From positions 1,470,670 through 1,534,669 of the forward strand of contig ML992505.1 of the NCBI GenBank assembly GCA_010093995.1: a stretch of 64,000 nucleotides of DNA, written 5' to 3'. The stretch's first letter is position 1. The number at the start of each line of letters is the position of its first letter. A program made the position numbers and the translations under genes. The notes beneath the pieces are model-generated. The model saw nothing but the letters and a program-made list of their open reading frames with translations, had not been told where the DNA came from and made no database searches. The DNA is from Elsinoe ampelina (Eukaryota). Positions 54,459 through 64,000 of this stretch are shown piece by piece.

Positions 54459-55283
54459 ATGTCTTTCTCAGGCAAGACGGCCATTGTCACAGGAGGCTGC
54501 GGTGGTCTCGGCGCAGCCATCAGCAAAGCTTTTCTCGACGCCGGCGCCAATGTGGTAGCAGTCGATATCAATGCCGAGCTCATCAAGAGCTTCGAGGGAT
54601 CAAACACCGGAGCCAACTTGCTCACTCATCAGGCGGACATTACAGACGACGCGGCGTTGGACAAGCTCTTCAGTGACACCATCTCCAAGTTCGGACAGAT
54701 TGATATCCTGATCAACAATGCCGGCGTCATGGACAGATTCGAGCCGGTCGGCGAGCTGGACAGGAAGACGTGGGACCGGGTATTGAATGTTAACTTGACG
54801 GCGCCGTACTTGACGAGTAAGAGATTGGCTATCCACGTCGGGGAGAAAGGGCACAAAGGAGCGATTGTGAACGTTAGCAGTCTGGCGGGAACCACTGGGT
54901 GGGCTGCAGGTGAGTGCCCCATCAATGTCGGAACAATCTCAGTACGAACATGAATGACTGACCTACTCGCAGGCGCCGCCTACACAGCCTCCAAATGGGG
55001 TCTCACCGGTCTTACCAAGAACATTGCTGCTTTCTACGCCGACAAGAACATCCGATGCAATGCCATCTTGCCTGGACCAATGCAGACAGGCATCGCGGAC
55101 CATCTCAAAGACGGCAACTTCAGTCAACTTGGTATGGCGCAACAGATGAAGAAACAGGCTTCCATGGGCGCGGCAGCAGAGTTGGGAGATGTTGCTGGCC
55201 TGGTACTCTATCTTTGTGGTGACTCGGCCAAGACAATTTCAGGAAGCTGTGTGCCAATTGATGGTGCTTGGAGTGCTGTGTAG
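54459..55283 (+). CDS. Classical short-chain dehydrogenase/reductase
   Basis: TGGCGGLG, INNAG, IVNVSS, YTASK, IRCNAILPG; intron 54910-54972. Confidence 0.93.
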
Positions 55284-56000
55284 ATATGCAGTCGAGCTCG
55301 GTAGTCAATGTCGGACGGCAATTGTAGAAATTCCAGGAACAGCATGTTTCGTCAGTCAAACGTCCCATGGGCATGCATGTCTTTGACTTTCTGGGTAAAA
55401 GGTGTGGATTTGTATTTGCTTTTCGTGCTATATGCGGCTCTGCAAAATCCAGCCGCGGCTTTCAACCTTTGTCGTCGTCCAAAACCGTCGAGGCACCGGC
55501 AATAATTTCTGCTACAAATCAAAGAGCATGGATCAATTTCCATTGCACCGGGTCTGGACACCAACAGAATCTGATCTGTTTGTCATCCATCCACAAGTCA
55601 TGAACGGTGTGGAGACTCCACGATTGAGCATCTCCGCTGGGGACACCCAGAGATCTCAGATGGCATGCAGCAACGACGTCAACTGTCGAGCACCACAAGT
55701 CCTTGCAGGATCCCCCGCGTGTCGAACAGGGCCAAGGGACACGGAAATCAGCTCCCTGCAGCAACATCCCTGGGATCACCAATACACTGAAGACGTCCCA
55801 TCACAGTGGTAGCAGAGCATCTACATTCAGGGACAGAACTCATCTCGATGATGCTCCGCGCCCAGAGTGCCAAATCATCCTTCTTCACAGGGTCTGTTGT
55901 AATACTGACATGCGCCGCCACGCCGACTGGGCAGAACACAAGCTCTCGCGATCGACGGGTGTGTCTCGCGTTGACGAAGGCACGACTCGACCGACAGGAG

Positions 56001-56036
56001 CTTGACCTGCCTTGACCTGCCTTGACCTGCCTTGAC
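56001..56036. repeat. 10-bp tandem repeat (CTTGACCTGC)x3.6
   Basis: cttgacctgc cttgacctgc cttgacctgc cttgac read directly. Confidence 0.9.
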
Positions 56037-57147
56037 AGAGCTTGCATGATTGCAAATCGTGGGACCGCGCTAGTTCTCGCTACTGTCAGCCACGGATGAC
56101 TGCCCTGCGATGGCTAAATGCTATTATCCGGGGCCAGTAAGGGTAGAAAGGACGAAAGGCAAGGGAGGTAAGTCTGTTTTCATCGCAAACAACTCACGCA
56201 ACATCGAGAGTCAAGGTAAGTCTCGCTGTGCTCAAAATCCGGCCTCTGTCAAGTCTCTGAGACCTATGTCGTCGTAAATCGTCATTTCTTCCTTCGACGC
56301 CTTCGTGTGTGAGCCAAGAGAGACGAGTGACGCCCAGGAAATTGCTTGTTTGAGTTTGGCGGTCTTGTCAATGCTTGGTTACGCCCCCATCGGCGTGACA
56401 TCGAGAAAACTGTCCCGACCTCACCTTCCACAAATCGCAACCTCGTACGACAAATCGGATCCCCTGGGTGACTCTGATTTGACTCTAGGGTTTTGGGATC
56501 TGTCCACAGAGCTCCAAACATTCTTTACCCCAGGTGACACCCTTGCGGCACGGAAGTCATGGAAATAGTTTTTTTGACAAACCAGACGTGCCGTGTAGCC
56601 GCAACCTCATCTCTTACTGGCCCGTCAAGGGCCAATATTCTCCGTCATTCATTTCATGGTTAGATCAACACAGATTTCCGCATGGTCTGAGGTCCAAAAT
56701 GGTCAGAAAAGTCTTCTTGTACCGGACTGAACACACCCGGAGGAGCCTCGACCATGACGCCGTTGCAACTCTATTGGACCTCCCATCACCCATGTCCGTC
56801 ATCCTCTCTCGCAGGGCCTGTGGGCAGAAAACAGCTCACACCATGGATCCCCACACATAGAGCTCTATCCGAATCGTTTCGTGAATTACCCGTGATGAGG
56901 TCCCAGCTCCACCCAGGTCCCCGTGTCAGGTAGGTGCCGTCTTGCTTACCCTTATAACCCAATACACCCCAGTCCATTCGTCCGAGACCCTCGTCCTCGG
57001 TTCTCAAATATCCACCCTTTCTATCCCTCCCCAGGCGCGGCCCTCTCCCCAGGAAAACCACCTCCACGTTTCTCCGCAAGACTTATACCCGGTGCATCCT
57101 CCCCACAACCAAACACTCCCCTGCAACACACCGATACTCAGCCCATC

Positions 57148-58199
57148 ATGTCCGCCCCCGCCACCGTCGACTCCGCCAACGGCATCTCCCACCACGACCA
57201 CTCCCCTCCCACCACCGCCGCCGCGAACGGCGCCGGCCCCAAGGCCCGCAAGCCCTACGACTACGGCGGCAACCCGCTCGCCCACATCAACACCGGCGAA
57301 TCCGCCCGTCTGCCCGCCTTCGGTGGTGAGTTCCAGCCAGGTCTCTACCGTCCGATTGAGGGCCGCAAGTTCGCAAACCCAGCGCCTCTGGGTCTGTCGG
57401 CTTTTGCGCTCACGACTTTCATCTTGTCCCTGATCAACTTGCGCACAAAGGGCGTCAACGAGCCGAACCTGGTGATCGGTGCGGCGTTTGCGTATGGTGG
57501 GCTCGTGCAGTTGCTTGCGGGTATGTGGGAGATGGCTGTGGGTAACACTTTTGGTGCTACCGCGTTGAGCTCGTACGGAGGGTTCTGGATCGGGACGGCT
57601 ATCATTCTTACGCCTGGCGGCTTTGGAATCGTTTCTGGATTAGGAGGCGTTGCTAATCCGCTTTTCTACAATTCTTTCGGTTATTATCTGATGGTACGTT
57701 GTCGTCGTGGTCGCCGCCGCCACCGGAAATCCGCCTCCTGAACCCCTGACGCCCCCCAACACCCACCACACCTTTTCCAACGCCTATATCAAGGTCTACA
57801 GCATGCTAACACGCTTTTAGGCTTGGTGGATTTTTACCACGCTTCTCTTAATTTCAGTAACCCCCAATCCAGAACGATGGATAAAGGTATTAACATCCTC
57901 CCAGATGCACCCTCCGATCAACCGTAGCCTTCTTCCTCCTCTTCTTCTTCCTCGACCTAGCCTTCCTCATGCTCGGAATCGGCTACCTCCAAGGCGAGAA
58001 CCTCGCTTGCATCAAGGCCGGCGGCGCGTTCGGTCTCCTCGCCGCCTTCATGGCTTGGTACAACGCTCTGGCCGGTATCGCGGACAGCGGGAACAGCTTC
58101 TTCCTCATCCCTGTGGCGCACTTCCCGTGGTCGGAGAAGGGACGGGAGATGAGGAGCAAGGTTGATAATAGCGAGGCGAGGGCTAAGCAGGAGGTGTAG
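57148..58199 (+). CDS. GPR1/FUN34/YaaH (ATO/Ady2) acetate/ammonia transporter; second intron has a TT donor
   Basis: AFGGEFQPG, FANPAPLGLSAFALTTF, YGGLVQLLAGMWE, NTFGATALSSYGGFW, AAFMAWYNALAG; introns 57694-57820 and 57853-57904. Confidence 0.9.
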
Positions 58200-58822
58200 C
58201 ATATGAGGCGGGAAAAAGGGGTAGAGGGGGGAGACTGTGATTCGACACATGCAGTGGGTGTGTGGTTTAGCGTGGTGATTAATGGAGAATGTTTACCTGT
58301 CAATATCGCTTTGAAGTGAACGGCTTTGCTGCAGAATGTTGTGGTGGTTTTGCTGTGATGTGAAATGTCCCGGATCCTATGGCCTGACGTCTCACCGGAA
58401 CGCTCGACTACACATCTTATACTCAGAACTTCAGCTGGCCAAGCGACGGCCTACCTATTCATGGTTGTGCAGTAGATACTCTCCCATGGTGACTACTTCA
58501 CTTCCATCTCATCATCGGTGATTGTTGACTCCAGGGCTCCTTCGATTTTTTACTGCTCCGAGACTGCAAGATGAACTTCAATACAGCGACCAATCATACA
58601 ATGCCTGACCGACCGAAGTATCTGATATTCCATTACCGTTTCTCCTTTACAATAATTTATAATTTCGAAGGAAGAGCCGTCACCACTAAAAAGCTATCCT
58701 CGGGCGCCCACTGCATCGATCGCACCATGCGTCTCGCTCATCTTGACTTCCGATAGCGAGTAGTCGATCAAAACCATGATGAAGTACTACCAGCTAGCTT
58801 TGGTCTAGTTTCTCCTGTAAAG

Positions 58823-59569
58823 TCACAATCGAGTATTCTGGTAGTACCATGTCACATGATGCCGGCCACGACAAGGGTCCTTGATCCCTGATGCGCGACC
58901 CGGGTCGTACATGTCTCTAGCCAGCTTGTAGGATCGGATGATCCGCTTGAGCTGAGGGTAGAATGCTTCGTCCATGTTGTACTTCATGCCATTGACGGCC
59001 CACGGCTCGATGAGCATGTCGTTGAGATGGTCTTCCCGGTCCTCGAAGCTGTCCGGATCGCGTAGCCAGCCACTTCTCATTTGAAAACCGTGGTGCTTAT
59101 GTGCCAGCGAAAAGCGAAGTGGATGGAATGTGTATAGACCGAGAGGGAAGTCCATGAATTCGCTGTAGGCCGTTTCGCTGGTACGGGGTTGGTAGACGAC
59201 CTCGCAGAAGATCGACTTCTCTGATTCCAGCGCCGTCAATGTTAGTTATGTCGTCAAAGGAGAGAAGTGTGATACTGACTGAGCCACTTTCTGTTGCACT
59301 CCCTGGTCATCCTCAAGAAGCGATCACGGCATAGATTGAAACACATGTCCCACCCCCAAGCGTCAGGCATCTTCTCATCGTTCGGTCCCAGGATCCAAGG
59401 ACACTTGAGCTTTCCCTGATCGGTCTTGGAGAACACAAGAGGAGTGTCGTATTCTGCGGAGATGATTTTGTAGACATTGATGAGATCTTGCTTGTCACTG
59501 GCGGGCTGAATGCCCTGATAATCAGGAGCAAACTACCAGGATGGCGAAGGGCTGACGGAGGTATGGCAT
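58823..59569 (-). pseudogene. Hypothetical protein with unresolved or frameshifted 5' end
   Basis: Two protein-like ORFs (59254-59436 extended upstream, and 58823-59239) separated by a probable short intron. No in-frame ATG; a hydrophobic signal-like stretch lies in other frames. Confidence 0.35.
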
Positions 59570-59829
59570 TCTTTACTTTCCCGTTACCGTTGCATACTCT
59601 CCATTCTATTAGACATTACCACCTCCACCAACTTTCCAATCAGAATTACTACCAGAGACCGTACGCTCTTGTCCCGGCTCGTGCTCCCATCGCCCATGCC
59701 AATCCTTCATCCCTCCATCAAAAACTACCAGCAGTCCCAGCCCTGGCGTGCGACCAACCCACAACTACCAGACTCCCTCTATCCATGCCCCTCACACTCC
59801 AAATCCATCCATTTCTTCCCTGCCTGATC

Positions 59830-61745
59830 TCATTGTTCCTCTCCCCACACATATCCGGTGCTCCTCCCGTTCCCAAGCCTGATAGCCCCCAGCGATAAGA
59901 GAACTACCAGCACGAACACCACTGCTATAGCCGGCACCATGAGATGCCCCAGGATCAACCATCCCGTGTGCTCCCAGCTGCCGCTAAAGGAGATGCGGAT
60001 CCGGTCCGGCTTCTCCTCTGCTGCAGCCGTGGCAGCGGGTACCGGCTGCGCAGGGGCTACGGCGGTCGAAGCAGACGAGGAGCTGGTAGTACTTGCTCGA
60101 CGAACTGACTTGCCATCTCCGGTGCTGTCTCGCTCTTGTGAACCGGGGGTAACGGGAGAAATAAGCCAGTTGACGACTGCACGGCGGCGGCGCGGGATGC
60201 AGATGGATTGGTCACTACCAGAGGTACGACGGCGGGGTGGAGCAGAGATCGTGTCAGAGCTGGCGAGGGAGGGGATGCGGCGGGCGCAGACTTGGCGAGA
60301 GTAGCGGGTGATGTCGTCGATGTCGGGCATGGAGACGCTCGGGGCGGAGCTGTCGCTGGCATCGCTGGTCGAGACAGTGGAGACGCTGGAGACGCTGGAA
60401 AGCGTTGGAGAGGTTGTGTCGAGCTGGCTGCGGTTGATGGTGCTTGCCCAATCGAAATGGCGTGGGGCGAATGGTGGTGTGGGAGCAGCGCTCGATGGAG
60501 TGTTGGCCTTTGGCGCAGTCGTGCGAGGGCTAGTCAAGGGTGTATTCGTATCCTGTGTGCGGCGTGAGGCTGTTGCCATGAAGGAGTTTCCGAAGTGAAC
60601 GGGCCTGTCGGCCATCGGTATTGGCGTGCTGGACATCTCGAATTCGTCGTCACTGTCGTCTGGGACCGAGAAGTGACTGTGTGGCGGTTTAGAAGGGGCA
60701 GCTGGGGATGAGACAGGACGAGCTGTGACCGGTGTCTTGATGTGATCAGCAGAAGACTCGAAAGTCGCTGTCTCATTCGGGACTTTTCCATGAGCCGTTG
60801 TGTCCAGGAGTGGTACAGAAATCTGTGTCATCTTGGATTGACCTATAGGGAGAGGCGCTGATTGACGGGTAGGTTGATCGCGAGAATGTCCAGTCTCTTG
60901 TGCTGGATCAGTAAAGACCATATCAGAGTTTCGCACTTCTGACGGTTTCCACGTATTGATCGGTAGAACAGGCCCTCCGATGGACGGGATAAGAGGTTGC
61001 TGAAGTGTCGAAGCCGTTGCTGGTGGATTTGGATTCGTACAAGCGTGATCGGCGTACGTGTAGTGCAGGCTCTCCGCAGACACAGGAAGCACACTTGGGC
61101 CGAGATTGCGCGAGAATGGATCTGCTGGGATGGGGCATGGGAAGGAGTTGACCTGCTGATACGGGGATCCAGGCTGTAGTGGGTATTTATGCTGGGCAAG
61201 ATCCGGTATGTTCATGCGTGTAGCCTGGATCATGATCAGCATGCAATAGAGATCTTGCTTCAATTCTAATATCTTACCTGGAATGAAGGTGCGGCATACT
61301 GATGCTGGTGTGGACTGAATGGCTGTTGCGGGAAGCTGGGCTCATGGCGGAATGGCTGGACAAGTTTCATCCCTCGTTCGTTATTGAACTGCTCGCGTAT
61401 CATGCGGCGGTTGAGCCGGTATATATTCTCCATTCCTTCCCAGTCCTGTCTGTCCTTGAATGTGATGTCGTTAAGGACGAAAAGAAACTCGAAGTTGGCA
61501 ATGTCGTACTGGTGCTTCACGGGCTTGAATCCAGGCGCCATGTAGTCCACAGGCATGGCATTGTTTTGACGGTGAAGCTCGATTGAGTGTTGCAACAAAC
61601 GACGACGCATGGGAAGATGCTTCTCGTTCTCGATGATGGGGAGTTGCCACTGGCGGAAGAACTCCACCAACTCTGCTTTGTTCGCTTTCCTGAGATTGTA
61701 ACCGTATCTGAGATAGCGAGGGATGGGATCAGAGGACAGCTGCAT
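59830..61745 (-). CDS. Protein with tandem HeH/LEM-like N-terminal motifs, long disordered region and C-terminal TM helix
   Basis: An intron at ~61226-61278 joins ORFs 61266-61745 and 59830-61263; C-terminal WLILGHLMVPAIAVVFVLVVLLSLGAI. Confidence 0.7.
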
Positions 61746-62220
61746 GATGGTTGACCTATGTTGGGCTGCGCTACTGTGAACTTGGAGGGAGACTTTCCGT
61801 AGGTCGACCGTTTACGTGGAATTCGCTGAAGCTATAAAGTCTTTCGACATTGCAAGGACGATCGTGAGTGGGCCAACGCAGCAAACCTACATGAGACATG
61901 AAACAACGTCATCGAAGCATTGAGGCAAGCGTGTGAATGTAATGAAGTGGCCCACAAGTGAGGCAACTAGGCCAGCGGCATAGCGAATTGAATGACTTAG
62001 CTGTGGTCTTACCTTCTTCCCCACGTGAGATTAGATGAACGAGAGAGCAGTTCAGCATTGACGACTGTGAGCGGGGCCCTGCATACCTGCATCACTCTGA
62101 ATCCATGTATCGAGCTGAAGTCCATCCCCAAATGGTCCGGTTCGAGATTGATATGTCTTGGCTTTGTGCAGGATGCTACTATCATTGTCGATCCAGAGCG
62201 CAAGTTTCAGGTTTTCTGTC

Positions 62221-63402
62221 TCATCGCGCCTTGCTATCTTCGACCATGTCTGCCCAAGATTGCTCCTTCGAATCATCAAGCGCTATGTCTGCGTTTGTAC
62301 TCTGATCCTTGTCTTTGGCGTCTGATTGGTCCGACTGAGCCTTGTCTTGGGCTGGGAATGATAACTTCGGTGCTGCAACCACCTCATCGGCACCTTGGTC
62401 TGCTTGCTTCGCTGATCCGGATGCGAGTGCTGGAAACTCCTCAGCCTGAGGCGGTTGTTGCGACCCATGACCTTGAGCTCTTGCATCGCCTCTTCCGCCT
62501 CTTCCTCCCCTCCCTCTTCCTCTACCCCTGTCTTCGCGATATATGTATTCTCTACCATCATCCTGTGCTCCGTCGAACGCTGCTGCAAGCTCACCGCGCC
62601 CCAGCCGTGTTCCAGCCACACCACCGTGCGCTCCTCGTCCATAGCCCCGTCTTTGATCAGCAAAGTCTTCCTCCCGTTTGTCCAGGTCCCACTCTCTGCC
62701 TTCTTGGGCTTTCAGCTTCCGTTGTCTATTCTTCTCCCGTTCGCCCATCATCTGCTGCCTGTCTCGTCTCTCCTCCTGTCTCCTCTTGGACGCTTCATTC
62801 TCCCTTTGCGCAAACGAATCTGCGTCAGCCTGTGCTCTCGCATGTGCGGCTTCTAACGTGGCGTTCTTTAGCTGTATCGAACTGATGCGGGCTGCGAGCT
62901 CTTCCTCCGTCAATTTCGTTCTCGCCATTCCGCCTGTAGCTGATCGATCTCCTCGTACTGCTGTGGGCTTTGTGTGTCGAGGCTCAGTCGGCGCATCTGC
63001 CGGCGGATCCACCGTGGCTACCTCGTCCGTCGATTGCTCAGTTTGTACAGGAGCTGCTGGCTCGGGCTCGGGCTCCGTAGCCACTTTTGGAGCATGCCTG
63101 GACTCACCAAGTGGATTAGGTGCATGTCGAGATTCCCCCAGAGGATTGAACGTGAGGGCTGTGCTGCCATTTACGGGTGTTGCTTGGAAGCTTGATGTAG
63201 CACCGGTCCCACCTCGTCCTCGCCCACGACCACGACCTCGCGGAGCAGAACCACGACTTCCTCGCTCGAAGCCTTGTTGTTGCGGCGGCGGTGTGGGTGC
63301 TACTGGTTCCGGCTCGGTAGCAGGTGTGAAGTCGTCTCCAAAGAGATCATCCTGTGCCCGCGTCTGCATGGACTCTTCGCCATTGTCGTAGAAGCTGTCC
63401 AT
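62221..63402 (-). CDS. RGG-rich coiled-coil protein, probable RNA-associated
   Basis: 393-aa ORF; DDLFGDDF, RG/RGG tracts, AVRGDRSATGG, KLTEEELAARI..coiled coil..GREWDLDKRE. Confidence 0.82.
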   Translation of the reverse strand: MDSFYDNGEESMQTRAQDDLFGDDFTPATEPEPVAPTPPPQQQGFERGSRGSAPRGRGRGRGRGGTGATSSFQATPVNGSTALTFNPLGESRHAPNPLGESRHAPKVATEPEPEPAAPVQTEQSTDEVATVDPPADAPTEPRHTKPTAVRGDRSATGGMARTKLTEEELAARISSIQLKNATLEAAHARAQADADSFAQRENEASKRRQEERRDRQQMMGEREKNRQRKLKAQEGREWDLDKREEDFADQRRGYGRGAHGGVAGTRLGRGELAAAFDGAQDDGREYIYREDRGRGRGRGGRGGRGDARAQGHGSQQPPQAEEFPALASGSAKQADQGADEVVAAPKLSFPAQDKAQSDQSDAKDKDQSTNADIALDDSKEQSWADMVEDSKAR

Positions 63403-64000
63403 CCTGAGGAGGTCTCTGTCGATATGGTGAATTACAGGCGGTGCAATTACAATCTAATGTACAAATGCGTAATGTTACACGGACGTAACCAATAATTACA
63501 GTGCGCCCTCGCCCGTAGAAATATCCAAGTACCCGAATACAAGTAATTCTATGCAGCAGTGGAGCATACAGTGAAGAGTCGGTGGTCGGTATTTGGTAGC
63601 CGAGCTCTGCAGATGTCGCTCACCGTAGTGCGGCTCTTGTCGGCTATGAGGATATCAAATCATCGTCATCTCAATTACCATGGAGTGCTTTCCGCCATAT
63701 GAACTATCTTGCTCTTAATTAGCGTTTCGATTCTGCAATTTCGCACTCCTTCAGAGCCAAATCCAGAGATTACCGTATTTCTACATTACCCCAGACAATG
63801 CTCAGCGTGAGGAGCCAGCTCGACGATATCAAGGTCTTTCGTCAACTATCCAACCTATGCGCGTAACGATCCAGCAATTATGATCAGGGTCAAAGCGTTC
63901 ACGAAGCTTCTCAGTGACAATGCGGATGGTAAGCTCGTCCGAAGATGGTTGTAAGTATGTTCGTCTTCACATGCAGATAGGAGCTGACCACGGAAGTATG

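Noticed and set aside
63680..64000. Possible gene start at the window end
   Set aside because: Only short frames with stops and one GTAAGT; not enough sequence to support a call.

Overview
Eukaryotic, intron-containing DNA from a filamentous ascomycete (short GT-AG introns with CTRAC branch points; Dothideomycete-like by impression, not verified). The window opens in the AT/TpA-rich, RIP-like end of an LTR retrotransposon (polypurine tract plus 142-bp LTR). Next comes an array of four divergent, same-strand paralogs (599-7113) encoding a BAH-like domain with disordered tails. All four share two intron positions, and the two copies nearest the transposon are broken at the same conserved Trp codon. 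The rest is mostly housekeeping or metabolic genes: NTM1/TAE1, an MFS sugar porter, MED8, an acyl-CoA synthetase, GLO1, NMNAT, a kelch protein, prefoldin 6, a GH53 galactanase, PIL1, SAM37, ARO1, RPS0, mitochondrial S15, a BTB protein, an SDR and an ATO/GPR1 transporter. A ~1890-aa PNP_UDP-NACHT-WD40 NLR lies between GLO1 and NMNAT. Other oddities are a TT-for-GT splice donor in the ATO gene, sharp C-rich to G-rich skew flips inside several genes, and a tandem HeH/LEM-like tail-anchored protein. Exon boundaries were inferred by eye, and family calls come from motif recognition, not database searches.
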